Origin: Candidatus Woesearchaeota archaeon
GTDB lineage: Archaea; Nanobdellota; Nanobdellia; Pacearchaeales; UBA284
Length of the DNA: 64,000 nt
NCBI GenBank assembly: GCA_964354405.1
Contig: CAYGZP010000001.1
Coordinates: 148,879-212,878 of the forward strand
Reading direction: 5' to 3'
Below, piece after piece: positions 26,097 to 36,679 of this stretch. A program made the position numbers and the translations under genes. How positions within the stretch are numbered: position 1 is the first letter of the stretch; the number at the start of each line of letters is the position of its first letter. Under the pieces are notes generated by a model that did not search any database, had not been told where the DNA came from, and saw only the letters and a program-made list of their open reading frames with translations.

Positions 26097-26666
26097 ATGC
26101 AATTGAAAGAGAGTTTTTTCGACAGAAAGGCAGAGATTGTAGCTAAGGAACTTCTTGGAAAAATCCTTATAAGAAATATGAATGATTGCGAGCTTAAGGC
26201 TAAAATAGTAGAAACCGAAGCTTATTATGGTACAAGAGACCCGGCTTCAAGAGCTTTCAAAAAAACAGAAATGGCCAAACCCATGTTTTCAAAGCCCGGC
26301 ACTTTCTTTGTTTATAATGTTCATAAGTACTGGATGTTTAATATTGTTACAGAAAAAGAAGGTAAAGCCGGCGCAGTGTTAATAAGGGCTCTAGAGCCAT
26401 TGAATTTCAAGGCTAATTTGTCAGGCCCCGGCAGATTAACTCAGATCTTAAATATAAACAGGGATTTCAACAAAAAACACATGACAGAAATTGGAGAAAT
26501 ATATTTTCTGAATGCAGATTCTGGAAAAAATGTAAAAATCGCATCTTCACACAGAATCGGCGTTTCTCGCGACTTGAAGAAAAAACTTAGATTCTTCATT
26601 GAAAAAAACGAATGCGTCAGCCGGGATTCGAACCCGGATAATCAGCTTGGAAGGCTGAAGTACTAA
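26097..26666 (+). CDS. mpg: 3-methyladenine DNA glycosylase (MPG/AAG)
   Basis: IVETEAY, DPAS, AVLIRALEP, GPG.LT, RIGVS; true start at 26097. Confidence 0.93.
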   Translation: MQLKESFFDRKAEIVAKELLGKILIRNMNDCELKAKIVETEAYYGTRDPASRAFKKTEMAKPMFSKPGTFFVYNVHKYWMFNIVTEKEGKAGAVLIRALEPLNFKANLSGPGRLTQILNINRDFNKKHMTEIGEIYFLNADSGKNVKIASSHRIGVSRDLKKKLRFFIEKNECVSRDSNPDNQLGRLKY

Positions 26667-26684
26667 CCATTATACTACTGACGC
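26613..26684 (-). tRNA. tRNA-Gly(TCC)
   Basis: Acceptor GCGTCAG/CTGACGC; anticodon arm TCAGC-CTTCCAA-GCTGA; GGTTCGAATCC. Confidence 0.95.
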
Positions 26685-26746
26685 TCCTTATTGAAAGCCT
26701 CATAGAATTTAAAAAGGTTTTTAAACAAAAACTGCGAAACATAAAG

Positions 26747-27787
26747 ATGGATGAAGTAAAGCAAGAAAATCAGGAAATTAAGGCTGAAAATAAAGAAGCA
26801 AAGGAAGAGAAGAAAGAGCATAAAGAGGAGAAAAAGCAAGAAGCTCCAAAAGAGCATGTAAAAGAGAAGGAACATAAAGAAGAGAAGAAAGAGCATAACC
26901 CCCGAGCTAAATTCTTTAGTTCAGAAGGATACAACAAGAAATACAAACTGCTCTTGACAGTCTCTTTATTATTCCTTGCGCTTTCTATAGCCTATCTTGT
27001 AAGTTTTTACATTCAAAATGGAGATATTATGCATAAAGATGTAACCCTTACTGGAGGCACTGCAATAACTGTTTATTCAGGAGAAATAAACCTTGATGAA
27101 TTAGAAGCCTTCCTCGAGCCCAAATTGGGGGAATTAAGCGTAAGAAGGCTTGAAGACATAACAACTCGGAGAACAATCGCATTTACAGTCGAAACTACAG
27201 CAGATGCTAATCTAACTCAATCAGCTTTAGAAGAGTATTTGAAATATCCTCTTGATAGTTCAAACTCCAGCATTGAGATTTCTGGCTCGACTCTTGCAGA
27301 AAGCTTTTACACCCAACTTTTAATAGCGATACTCGTGGCGTTTGTTTTCATGGCGATAGTTGTTTTGATAATTTTTAGAACATTAATTCCTTCGCTGATG
27401 GTTGTTTTATGCGCGGCAGCAGATATAATATGTACTTTAGCGATATCCAACATTATTGGTTTTAAGATTTCCACAGCAGGAATCGCTGCATTTTTGATGC
27501 TTATAGGTTATAGTGTTGACACTGACACAATGCTTACTGTAAGAGTTCTTAAACGAAGAGGTGAAGGAACTCTCAATTCAAGAATAAAATCCGCGTTCAA
27601 GACAGGAATAATAATGACTCTTACTGCAATAGCTGCGGTATTGGCAGGATATTTTACATCCCAGGCCGCAGTTCTTCAAGAGATATTCCTGATACTTAGT
27701 ATCGGCCTCGTTATGGATATATTCTTTACTTGGTGTTGTAACGCTTCATTGCTTAAATTATATTGTGACAAGAAAAAAATATCTTAA
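26747..27787 (+). CDS. secF: Protein translocase subunit SecF
   Basis: LTGG, LMLIGYSVDTD..LT.R; 6 TM segments. Confidence 0.93.
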   Translation: MDEVKQENQEIKAENKEAKEEKKEHKEEKKQEAPKEHVKEKEHKEEKKEHNPRAKFFSSEGYNKKYKLLLTVSLLFLALSIAYLVSFYIQNGDIMHKDVTLTGGTAITVYSGEINLDELEAFLEPKLGELSVRRLEDITTRRTIAFTVETTADANLTQSALEEYLKYPLDSSNSSIEISGSTLAESFYTQLLIAILVAFVFMAIVVLIIFRTLIPSLMVVLCAAADIICTLAISNIIGFKISTAGIAAFLMLIGYSVDTDTMLTVRVLKRRGEGTLNSRIKSAFKTGIIMTLTAIAAVLAGYFTSQAAVLQEIFLILSIGLVMDIFFTWCCNASLLKLYCDKKKIS

Positions 27788-27817
27788 AATAAAAACAAAA
27801 GATAAAAACCCCAAAAA

Positions 27818-29551
27818 ATGGCAAAACTAACTTGGAGAATCTGGTTTTTGATTATACTAATAATTATAGCAGTTATAGTTATATTCAACTGGCAAATCCT
27901 TTACGGAAAAATCACTGTTAAAGGCATTGTTCCCAACTCATCTGCAGCTTTAGTAGGAATTACTACAGGCGAACTGGTGAAGGAGATTAATGGGCAACCC
28001 ATAGAGAGTCTTGAGGATTACAGCAAAGCCATTGCATCATTATCTTTCGAAGCCAAAAACATTTCAGTCAGGACAGAGAATAGAACTTTTGAGTATCAAA
28101 GCAAAACCATAGATTTTACACTTGAAGGAAAAACTATATTTTTAGTTACAGGGAAGGCTCAGGAGGCAGGTTTAAAATCTGGGATGCTGGTTCAAGAGAT
28201 AAATGGATTTTCTTTGGATAATTACAGTTTATCTGAAATTAAGGATAAAATAGAATCGAAAGCAAAAATCGTGATTAAAACTGATAAAAATACAGAAGGC
28301 TACACTTTTTTGACAAATCCTGAGATTGGAATTACAGTTTCTGAAGTATGGCCCACCAGAATCAATGCAGGATTAGATTTGCAAGGGGGCGCTCGCGCAT
28401 TAATCAAGCCAGAGCGAGATTTAACACAGCAAGAGATGGTTAATCTGATTGAAACAGTGCGTTATAGATTGAATGTTTATGGCTTGACAGACATAAGTGT
28501 TAAGGATGTAAGTGATTTACAGGGGAATCGTTATTTGATGGTTGAACTTGCAGGAGCTACACCTACTGAACTCCAGGATTTGATTGCAAAACAAGGCAAG
28601 TTTGAAGCGAAGATAAGCAATGAAACAGTTTTTGTAGGGGGCCATAATGACATTACCTTTGTTTGCAAAAATGATGCCTCTTGTGCAAGAATTGAGACAT
28701 GTAACACAATTGAAAATGGCGAGACTTGCCGCTTCCAATTCGAGGTTCATCTATCTGAACCTGCAGCACAAAAACATGCTGATATAACTGCAAACTTGAG
28801 CGAAAACATAAGCCAGGGAAAAAGCTACTTGAACGAGACGTTAGATTTGTATCTTGATGATAAATTAGTTGATTCATTATTCATCTCTTCAGATTTGAAA
28901 GGCAAAGTTACCACAAGTGTTGCTGTCAGTGGCTCGGGAGTGGGCAAAACAAAATTAGATGCTTATAACGATGCTGAAACAAATATGAAAAAGCTTCAGA
29001 CAGTCTTGATTACGGGTTCGCTTCCTTTCAAACTTGAGATAATCAAGCTAGATTCAATCTCGCCTGCCTTGGGTAAAGAGTTTACGCGAGGAGTTCTTTT
29101 AGCACTTGTTGCAGCATTTATTGGGGTGTGTTTGATAATTTATCTTCGTTATAGAAAATTCAAACTTTTCATCCCAGTAATAATTACAATAATTTCAGAG
29201 GCAGTGTTGACTTTGTTAATTGCAGTTCTTATAAGATGGAACATTGATTTAGCATCAATCGCAGGAATAATCGCAGCAATAGGAACCGGGGTTAATGACC
29301 AAGTTGTGATGATAGACGAGTCTGAATCAAAATCATCAAAACAATTCAGCATGAAAGAGAGATTAAAAAGAGCATTCTTTATTATCATGTGCGCCTATGC
29401 TACAATTGTTGTATCATTATTGCCTTTATGGTGGGCTGGTGCAGGATTGTTAAGAGGTTTCGCATTTACAACTTTGATTGGGATAAGTGTCGGAGTTTTT
29501 GTAACTCGCCCAGCCTTCGCCGATATCTTGAGCAGGCTCACAAAAGATTAA
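27818..29551 (+). CDS. secD: Protein translocase subunit SecD with PDZ-like inserts
   Basis: GLDLQGG, TGSLP, IGTGV.DQ, GFAFTT, TRPAF. Confidence 0.93.
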   Translation: MAKLTWRIWFLIILIIIAVIVIFNWQILYGKITVKGIVPNSSAALVGITTGELVKEINGQPIESLEDYSKAIASLSFEAKNISVRTENRTFEYQSKTIDFTLEGKTIFLVTGKAQEAGLKSGMLVQEINGFSLDNYSLSEIKDKIESKAKIVIKTDKNTEGYTFLTNPEIGITVSEVWPTRINAGLDLQGGARALIKPERDLTQQEMVNLIETVRYRLNVYGLTDISVKDVSDLQGNRYLMVELAGATPTELQDLIAKQGKFEAKISNETVFVGGHNDITFVCKNDASCARIETCNTIENGETCRFQFEVHLSEPAAQKHADITANLSENISQGKSYLNETLDLYLDDKLVDSLFISSDLKGKVTTSVAVSGSGVGKTKLDAYNDAETNMKKLQTVLITGSLPFKLEIIKLDSISPALGKEFTRGVLLALVAAFIGVCLIIYLRYRKFKLFIPVIITIISEAVLTLLIAVLIRWNIDLASIAGIIAAIGTGVNDQVVMIDESESKSSKQFSMKERLKRAFFIIMCAYATIVVSLLPLWWAGAGLLRGFAFTTLIGISVGVFVTRPAFADILSRLTKD

Positions 29552-29559
29552 AAATTAAG

Positions 29560-29973
29560 ATGCTTCCTTACATTCACTTTATTTCTGCGGTTCTGGGTTC
29601 AATATTTCTTTTACTATTGAAATGGCAATGGTGGCAGATATCTTTATTCTTTCTAACGGCTTTTTTCATTGACATGGATCATTATATCTATTTTATCCAT
29701 AAGAAAAAATCATTAAGCTTAATCAGGGCTTACAAATACTTCTTGAATTTGAACAAAACTTTGAAAAAGAAAATTCATCTTTTATTTTTCTTTCACACAA
29801 TTGAATTTTTCATTTTGCTTGTTATTTTAACCATTATCTCTTTCAATATCTTCTTTCCACTTCTTCTTGGCTTTGCGATTCATTATGTTCTAGATTTAAC
29901 TGCAAGATTTATGGAGAAAAACCAGAGATACCACAGGGGGTTTTCAATAATCTATCACCTCTTAAAAAGATAA
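29560..29973 (+). CDS. Membrane protein, metal-dependent hydrolase-like
   Basis: H..., IDMDH, FHTIEF, H..LD motifs; true start at 29560. Confidence 0.75.
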   Translation: MLPYIHFISAVLGSIFLLLLKWQWWQISLFFLTAFFIDMDHYIYFIHKKKSLSLIRAYKYFLNLNKTLKKKIHLLFFFHTIEFFILLVILTIISFNIFFPLLLGFAIHYVLDLTARFMEKNQRYHRGFSIIYHLLKR

Positions 29974-30045
29974 TCAGAACCTTATTCTACAAAACATATT
30001 TTTTACTGCTAAAATGTTTTAAAGCTACACATTTCTTTTATTTAT

Positions 30046-30786
30046 ATGAAAGGGATAATCCTGGCGGGGGGTAAGGGAACAAGACTTTGGCCGTTGACTG
30101 CTGTCACAAACAAACATCTTGTGCCTGTTGGAAAACTGCCGATGATAGAATATCCCTTATTTACATTGAAAAATATTGGAGTAGATGCTATGAGCATAGT
30201 TGCTGGGGGCGAACATTTCCAAGCTATTGCCCAATATTTTGCAGATCTGCATAAAGAGCTTAATTTTTCTTACCATTATCAGGCAGAAGCTGGCGGGATT
30301 GCCCAAGCATTGTTACTGACTGAAAAATTTGTTGGTAAAGAAAAGATTGCAGTAATCTTAGGAGATAATATTTTCGGAGAAGCTTTCTCCGTGGCTGCGC
30401 AAACTCTTCAAAGTTTAGATTCTGGGGCTATGTTATTCTTAAAAGAAGTGCCAGATCCCCAAAGATTTGGAGTTGCGGAAATAAAAGATAATAGGGTGGT
30501 TTCGATAGAAGAAAAACCCAAAAAACCTAAATCTAATTTGGCAGTTACAGGATTATATTTTTATGATGCCACAGTTTTCCAAAAAATTAAAACTCTTCAG
30601 CCCTCGGTCCGCGGAGAGTTTGAAATAACTGATGTTAATAATCTATATCTAAATGAAGGAAAACTGAATTATCATATAGTATCTGGTTTTTGGAGTGATG
30701 CAGGAACTCATGAAAGCAGGGGAAGATGTGAAGAATATGTTAAGAAGGGATTAGAAGAGAAAATTCTAAAGACAATATCAATTTAA
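30046..30786 (+). CDS. Glucose-1-phosphate thymidylyltransferase-like
   Basis: LAGGKGTRL.PLT..NKHL, LGDN, EKP, RGEFEITD, W.DAGT. Confidence 0.92.
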   Translation: MKGIILAGGKGTRLWPLTAVTNKHLVPVGKLPMIEYPLFTLKNIGVDAMSIVAGGEHFQAIAQYFADLHKELNFSYHYQAEAGGIAQALLLTEKFVGKEKIAVILGDNIFGEAFSVAAQTLQSLDSGAMLFLKEVPDPQRFGVAEIKDNRVVSIEEKPKKPKSNLAVTGLYFYDATVFQKIKTLQPSVRGEFEITDVNNLYLNEGKLNYHIVSGFWSDAGTHESRGRCEEYVKKGLEEKILKTISI

Positions 30787-30824
30787 TAATAAAGAATATA
30801 AACAGCTTTTTTCTTTAATATATT

Positions 30825-32357
30825 ATGTTTACAAAAGTAAGGAATGCATTGAGAATTTTAAGCAATCCGCGAGATAAATCATTAACAAGACAAGCCATAG
30901 AAAATTCAACATATAGTTTTTTCATAAATCTCACTTCTAAGGCCGGCGGGCTTATATTCACCATCCTTTTGGCGCGAATGTTAATGCCCGAGTTATTTGG
31001 ACTTTATGCTTTAGTTCTTTCAATTATTATGACTATTGCCACATTTACTGATTTAGGGATTAACACTGCGCTATCGCGATACTTGGCAGATTCTTTGGCA
31101 AAAGGCAAGAGATATGAATCCGAAGCTCGCTCACGAGCAAGATTTTTCTTTAATCTAAAGATACTGCTTTCATTTGGGGTTTCGATATTATTATTTTTGC
31201 TGGCGCCTTTAATCTCAACGTTGATTTTCAAAAAAGCTGAGATGATAACCCCCTTACAGATTGGCTCGCTGTACTTGTTTGTGATGGCATTGCAAGGATT
31301 TTTTGGAACAATGTTTTATCCTTTGAGAAAATTAAAATATAATCTATTTTCAGAAATAATCTTTCAGATAGTAAAGATAGGGATGTTCTTGTTGCTGATG
31401 AGTTTATATAGACAACTCTCAACAGTATTCTGGGTTTTTATAATTTCCACAGCAGTTTCTGGGATATTTTACTTTACCACATTAACAATAAAAAGAAAAA
31501 GCCTATTTTTTGGAAAAACAATTCCCATAGAGAAAAGAAAAATAACAATTTTTATGGGTTGGGCTGTCCTTTTCTCATCTTTAGTCCCATTGGTTACTTA
31601 CATAAACACATTTATTCTTGGCTTGTTTGTAGCAAATGAATTTTTGGGGTATTACAGTGTTATTTTTTCTTTAGTCTTGCCAATAAGCACATTCATTAGC
31701 TTTAATGCAGTCTTTTTGCCAATCTTCACAGAAATAAAAAAAGAACGATTATTACGAGGATTCAAAAAAGTTGTAAAATATTCTTGCATTTTTGGGGTTC
31801 CCGCTTCTATTGGCTTAGCCTTCATTATTCTTCCAATAATCCGAGTTTTCTACGGTTCAAATTATGTTCCAGTTCTTTATTATATTCCAATTCTTATAAC
31901 TTCGATATTAATTTGTTTATTAATTATCGAGGAGATTTTAGTGATGAACTATATTTCATTATTCATCGCAAAAGAGAAAATGAAAGTTCCTACAACAGTG
32001 TTAGCATTAAATCTTTTGTTTAATATCATTCTCGCTTTTGTTTTAATTAAAGTAGCTTTGCCTTTTGGTCAGCAATGGGCCTTAGTTGCAATTGCCATAT
32101 CTATTTTTTTAACAAGATATTTACTTATGTTCAGTTTTGCGATCCTGGCTAAAAAACAACTAAATATCAAAATAATTAAGAAAGATATCTTTATTCCATT
32201 AGGAGCTTCGCTAATAATGTTAGCTTTCTTATTTATATTTAACAAATTATTAAATCCCGGATTAGCTCTAACAATTATTATGGTTATCCTGGCTGCAGCA
32301 GTCTACTTCATAAGTCTGTTTTTTATAGAAAGATTATCTAAATTTATTAAATGTTAA
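30825..32357 (+). CDS. Wzx-type flippase
   Basis: Polytopic membrane protein; ARML.PE.FGLY, DLGI. Confidence 0.88.
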   Translation: MFTKVRNALRILSNPRDKSLTRQAIENSTYSFFINLTSKAGGLIFTILLARMLMPELFGLYALVLSIIMTIATFTDLGINTALSRYLADSLAKGKRYESEARSRARFFFNLKILLSFGVSILLFLLAPLISTLIFKKAEMITPLQIGSLYLFVMALQGFFGTMFYPLRKLKYNLFSEIIFQIVKIGMFLLLMSLYRQLSTVFWVFIISTAVSGIFYFTTLTIKRKSLFFGKTIPIEKRKITIFMGWAVLFSSLVPLVTYINTFILGLFVANEFLGYYSVIFSLVLPISTFISFNAVFLPIFTEIKKERLLRGFKKVVKYSCIFGVPASIGLAFIILPIIRVFYGSNYVPVLYYIPILITSILICLLIIEEILVMNYISLFIAKEKMKVPTTVLALNLLFNIILAFVLIKVALPFGQQWALVAIAISIFLTRYLLMFSFAILAKKQLNIKIIKKDIFIPLGASLIMLAFLFIFNKLLNPGLALTIIMVILAAAVYFISLFFIERLSKFIKC

Positions 32358-32446
32358 ACTTGGAACAAAAATGATAAAATCTGCGGATAATACCATAAAA
32401 GTTAAATATAAATAGGACTAAAAATAAACTATGGGGTTTTTCAGAG

Positions 32447-33895
32447 ATGAATAAAAGAAAAGTATTGCTTTTTAATGCAAAACGGGATAAGTGTGATAGT
32501 GAATCTCCTCATTTGGGTCTTGCAATGTTAGCTGCGGTATTGAAAAAAAAAGGACATGAAGTTTTGGTAGTTGACTATCAATTTAAACATAGATGCCCTT
32601 CCCCTGAAGAATTTATTAAGGATTTTAAGCCTGATGTGGTGGGCATTACATTGTACACCGCTACAATGAAAGAGGCGAATAGGATAATCAACAGCGTTTC
32701 TAAATTTGATATACCAATTATAGTCGGGGGGCCGCACGCTACTTTATACTCTGATAAATTAGCTACAGATAGTAGAATTGCCTATATTGTTAAAGGTGAG
32801 GCAGAAGGTATAATCGCGGAGATTACAGAAAATATTGGAAATTATCAATCAACTTCTAAAAATCGAATTATACAATCAAATTTGCCTGATCCGCAAGATT
32901 TGCCCTATCCCGACTTTACTGCTTTTTTTTCATATAAAGATATTTTAGTTTATCCATTGCTAACAAGTAGGGGTTGTCCTTATAATTGTAGTTTCTGTGC
33001 AGTGCATTTAGTCTCATCTAAGAAATGGAGGCCAAGAAACCCCGGAGATTGTATAGCTGAAGTAATGAAAGCAAAAAGAGAACTGCCCGCCCTAAATTCA
33101 GTGATTGTATATGATGATAGCCCGATGACAAGAAAAGAACACGCAAGGGAATTTCTCGAGCTCTACATAGCCAATAACATTGACTTGCCCCTTAGTATAA
33201 TTAATACACGCGCGGATTGTTTGGATGAAGAGATGGTTCAATTATTTAAAAAAGTAAAATGCCCTTCTATTGGGATGGGGGTTGAACACGGACATCCAGA
33301 AGTTTTCAATGAAATTGGGAAAGGTGAGACCTTAGATGATATAAAAAAAGCAGCAAAATTAGTAAAAAAATATAAGATGCCCCTCTGTCTTTGTTTTATA
33401 ATCGGACTTCCTGGAGACTCTCTCGAGAAAACCAAGCATTCTATAAATTTGGCTAAAGAATTAAAACCGAATCATATATTCTGGAATATGGCAACCCCCT
33501 TCAAAGGCACAAGGGTAAGAGAGTGGTATGATCAATATGGAAAAGTTTTTGATGAAATAGATCATTCCTCTTTAGTTGATGGTGATTTTATGTGTGATGA
33601 GCCATGTTTAGAGTCGCCGGATTTTAGCAAAGAAGAGCGTAAGAAAGCGTATCTTATGGCTATATTGGAAACTGTTGATGCAAGATTAAAGATGAGACAC
33701 ATCCCGCGATTAATTCCTTATGTTCTAAAATACGGACTTTACAAGGAATTTTTCTTTTGGTTGCCAAAACATATAAAGAAAAGTCTTGTGTCAATTATAT
33801 TTCTACCGCAACAAGCAGTAAAAATTTACAGAGCAGGGGGGATAAAAGGAGTAATCCAAAGGGGTTATAAATTCCTAATTTGGAGGTTTATATGA
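32447..33895 (+). CDS. Cobalamin-binding radical SAM protein
   Basis: GGPHAT, GEAE, SRGCPYNCSFC. Confidence 0.92.
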   Translation: MNKRKVLLFNAKRDKCDSESPHLGLAMLAAVLKKKGHEVLVVDYQFKHRCPSPEEFIKDFKPDVVGITLYTATMKEANRIINSVSKFDIPIIVGGPHATLYSDKLATDSRIAYIVKGEAEGIIAEITENIGNYQSTSKNRIIQSNLPDPQDLPYPDFTAFFSYKDILVYPLLTSRGCPYNCSFCAVHLVSSKKWRPRNPGDCIAEVMKAKRELPALNSVIVYDDSPMTRKEHAREFLELYIANNIDLPLSIINTRADCLDEEMVQLFKKVKCPSIGMGVEHGHPEVFNEIGKGETLDDIKKAAKLVKKYKMPLCLCFIIGLPGDSLEKTKHSINLAKELKPNHIFWNMATPFKGTRVREWYDQYGKVFDEIDHSSLVDGDFMCDEPCLESPDFSKEERKKAYLMAILETVDARLKMRHIPRLIPYVLKYGLYKEFFFWLPKHIKKSLVSIIFLPQQAVKIYRAGGIKGVIQRGYKFLIWRFI

Positions 33896-34629
33896 ATTAC
33901 AGACAGAAATTAATTAAACGTTATTATTCTACGCAGTACAAGCATGTTATGCCTCAGACAGCAGAAGGATGGAACTGGGTGATAGATAGAATAAAGCTAA
34001 ATTTTGGCGGCGTTTTCTCCTCTATTCCTAAAGATGGGCGCATACTTGATGTAGCCTGTGGTGTGGGTTACCTTGAAGACTATCTTTTGAAGAAGGGTTT
34101 TACAAGAATTGAAGCTATAGATCTTTCTAAGGAGCAAATTCAGGTTGCTAAACAGAAATTAAAAAAATATAAGTTGCAATACGCCGATAAAGTTAAATTT
34201 AAGATCGCTGATGCTTTTGATTATTTAAGATCAGCTCGTGGCTATAACCTCATAGCAATGATTGACCTCTTGGAGCATTTCCAAAAGGATAAAGTCATAG
34301 AGCTTTTACAACTCGCACATAGCGCTCTCCGTAAGGGAGGAATTCTTATCCTTAGGGTGATCAATGCCGACAATCCTATGTTTGGCCGGTTTTTTTATCA
34401 TGATTTCACGCATGAAACTCCTTTTACTCCTGACAGTTTGAAGCAATGTTTAAGTGTTACAGGTTTTGAGACAATAAAAATAAATTATGAAGTCATGCCT
34501 AGAAGGGGAAGCTTGCTCACAAAACTCAAGCAATCAATTCGACGAGCAGTCTTTGGAGTTTTAGGAAAGTTCATTGGCGTTGCACCAGGGGCATTCGTGG
34601 AAGATTTAATCGCGGTGGCAAGAAAATGA
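33892..34629 (+). CDS. Class I SAM-dependent methyltransferase
   Basis: ILDVACGVG, LEH, DFTH. Confidence 0.9.
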   Translation: MNYRQKLIKRYYSTQYKHVMPQTAEGWNWVIDRIKLNFGGVFSSIPKDGRILDVACGVGYLEDYLLKKGFTRIEAIDLSKEQIQVAKQKLKKYKLQYADKVKFKIADAFDYLRSARGYNLIAMIDLLEHFQKDKVIELLQLAHSALRKGGILILRVINADNPMFGRFFYHDFTHETPFTPDSLKQCLSVTGFETIKINYEVMPRRGSLLTKLKQSIRRAVFGVLGKFIGVAPGAFVEDLIAVARK

Positions 34630-35429
34630 GAGATTTTTTATTAGAATCTTTGAAAGTGTATCCTGATAGTCCATCGCTCGCATTTTGGCGTGCTATTGAA
34701 GCTAAATTATTATCCGATGAACGTTTTAAATATCCTCTTTTAGACGTAGCATGCGGTGATGGTCTTTTCGGAAGAACCATCTTCGCAGATAGAAAGGGCA
34801 AAATTATCTTTGGTTGTGACATTTCAAAAGAATGTGTAGCAAAAGCAAAATTATACACAAACACATATAAAAGTATAGATGTCGCAGATGCGCGTGATTT
34901 ACCCTATAAAGATAATAAATTTGCCACAGTGCTTAGTAATTGCGTTCTTGAACATATTCCTGAAGATAAAAAAGTAGTAAGGGAAGTATCAAGAGTTCTG
35001 AAGATAGGGGGGAGATTTATCTTTACTGTCCCGAGTGAAAATTTTGTGAATAATTTAAGAACACATAATAAAAATTATATAAGGCATATGAATAAAAGAT
35101 TAGAACATTTCCATTATCGCTCACTTGAGGAATGGAGAAAGATTTTGAAAGAAGCAGGCTTAACAATCGAAAAATTTAGATGCTACCTCCCTAAATCAGT
35201 CCAACAGAAATGGGAGGATTTGTTCCGCTTTGACACTAAAAAACTGATGGGCTACGAATTACATAGATTTTTAGGTTCAAAGAAATACAGAATATGGTTT
35301 ATCATGCGTTTACTTTCTCCAATTATATTTAAGAGAGTATTAAAAAAGTGGTATTTAATGGGAACAGTTGATGACGGAAAAGGCGGGGCTTTATTGATCA
35401 TTGCTCGTAAAATAAGGAGAGTCAGATGA
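34626..35429 (+). CDS. Class I SAM-dependent methyltransferase
   Basis: LLDVACGDG, VLEHIP, RVLKIGG. Confidence 0.9.
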   Translation: MRDFLLESLKVYPDSPSLAFWRAIEAKLLSDERFKYPLLDVACGDGLFGRTIFADRKGKIIFGCDISKECVAKAKLYTNTYKSIDVADARDLPYKDNKFATVLSNCVLEHIPEDKKVVREVSRVLKIGGRFIFTVPSENFVNNLRTHNKNYIRHMNKRLEHFHYRSLEEWRKILKEAGLTIEKFRCYLPKSVQQKWEDLFRFDTKKLMGYELHRFLGSKKYRIWFIMRLLSPIIFKRVLKKWYLMGTVDDGKGGALLIIARKIRRVR

Positions 35430-36640
35430 AAATAGCTGTATTCCACAATTTACCCTCAGGAGGAGCCAAGAGAGTATTATATGGGTTTGTTAAGTATCTC
35501 ACCAAATCAGGGCATGTAGTAGATGTTTTTGTTCCATCCACTGCTGATGAAAATTTCTTGCCTTTAAGGGATTATGCTAATAAAATAATAAAATTTCCTG
35601 TAAGGAAAACTCTTAGGGGTCTTATATCTTCTACTATCCGCTATGTGCCCCCTGTAAGGGTTTGCTTAGCAGACATAGAGAAGACGGAAAGAGATATTGC
35701 CAATGCTATTAACAAAAAAGATTATGATGTTGTCTTTTGTGAGCAAGATCAATATACCATGTCACCATTTCTCCTGAAATTCATTAAAAAACCAACAGTT
35801 TACTATTGCCAACAACCTTCAAGGGCTCAAGAGAGCATTCTGCAGAAAATTTCTCAAGAAAAAGGATATAAAAAGCATCTTGGATTAAGAAAAATTGTAT
35901 TAAGAAAAATATGGCGCAAATGTTTCGATGGCAGAATGCTGAAGATAGATAAGCAAAATGCCTCCTTCGCCAAATACATCTTGTCGAATTCCTATTTTTC
36001 CAGAGACTCTATCTTAAGAGCCTATGGAGTCAATTCCTTCGTATGCTATCTTGGGGTAGACACTAAAATCTTTAGGAATACTAAAGCTTCAAAAGAGAAT
36101 TTTGTTTTGTCTGTGGGGGCTTGCATTGGTGCCAAAGGATTTGATTTTATTGTGAATTCCTTAGCTCTTATTGATCCTAAATTGCGCCCTAAGCTTATTA
36201 TCATCTCAAATGTTGTTGATGCTCGATGGAAGCAATATCTTGAGCAGCTAGCCAGGCAAAAAGAAGTTGAGATAGAAATAAAAGTACTTGTTGGAGAGAA
36301 CAAACTTGTGGAGTTTTATAATAAGGCAAAATTATTTCTCTATGCTCCTTACCTTGAGCCTTTCGGTCTGACACCATTGGAAGCGATGGCTTGTGGAACG
36401 CCGGTTGTTGCTGTAAATGAAGGAGGAATAAAAGAGAGCGTAATTCAAGGCAAGAATGGAATATTGACTGAAAGGGATGAAAGGATATTTGCCAAGGCTG
36501 TTGTGAAGCTTCTTTTAAATGAGAAGAAAAGAACCCTAATGGGTAAAAGAGGAATAAAGATAATTAAAAACTTCTGGACGTTAGAGTACGCTGGAAGAAG
36601 GCTACTTTTTCATCTAAAACGTGCCATGAAGATTAAATAA
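35426..36640 (+). CDS. GT4 glycosyltransferase
   Basis: EPFGLTPLEAMACG. Confidence 0.92.
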   Translation: MKIAVFHNLPSGGAKRVLYGFVKYLTKSGHVVDVFVPSTADENFLPLRDYANKIIKFPVRKTLRGLISSTIRYVPPVRVCLADIEKTERDIANAINKKDYDVVFCEQDQYTMSPFLLKFIKKPTVYYCQQPSRAQESILQKISQEKGYKKHLGLRKIVLRKIWRKCFDGRMLKIDKQNASFAKYILSNSYFSRDSILRAYGVNSFVCYLGVDTKIFRNTKASKENFVLSVGACIGAKGFDFIVNSLALIDPKLRPKLIIISNVVDARWKQYLEQLARQKEVEIEIKVLVGENKLVEFYNKAKLFLYAPYLEPFGLTPLEAMACGTPVVAVNEGGIKESVIQGKNGILTERDERIFAKAVVKLLLNEKKRTLMGKRGIKIIKNFWTLEYAGRRLLFHLKRAMKIK

Positions 36641-36679
36641 TTCTTATTTTTGGATTAAAATAAATATTATAAGGGTTTT

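Noticed and set aside
26675..26896. Hydrophobic F/L-rich ORFs (also 17361-17648, 55884-56072, 60598-60801, 61729-62102)
   Set aside because: Antisense shadows of K/E-rich coding sequence
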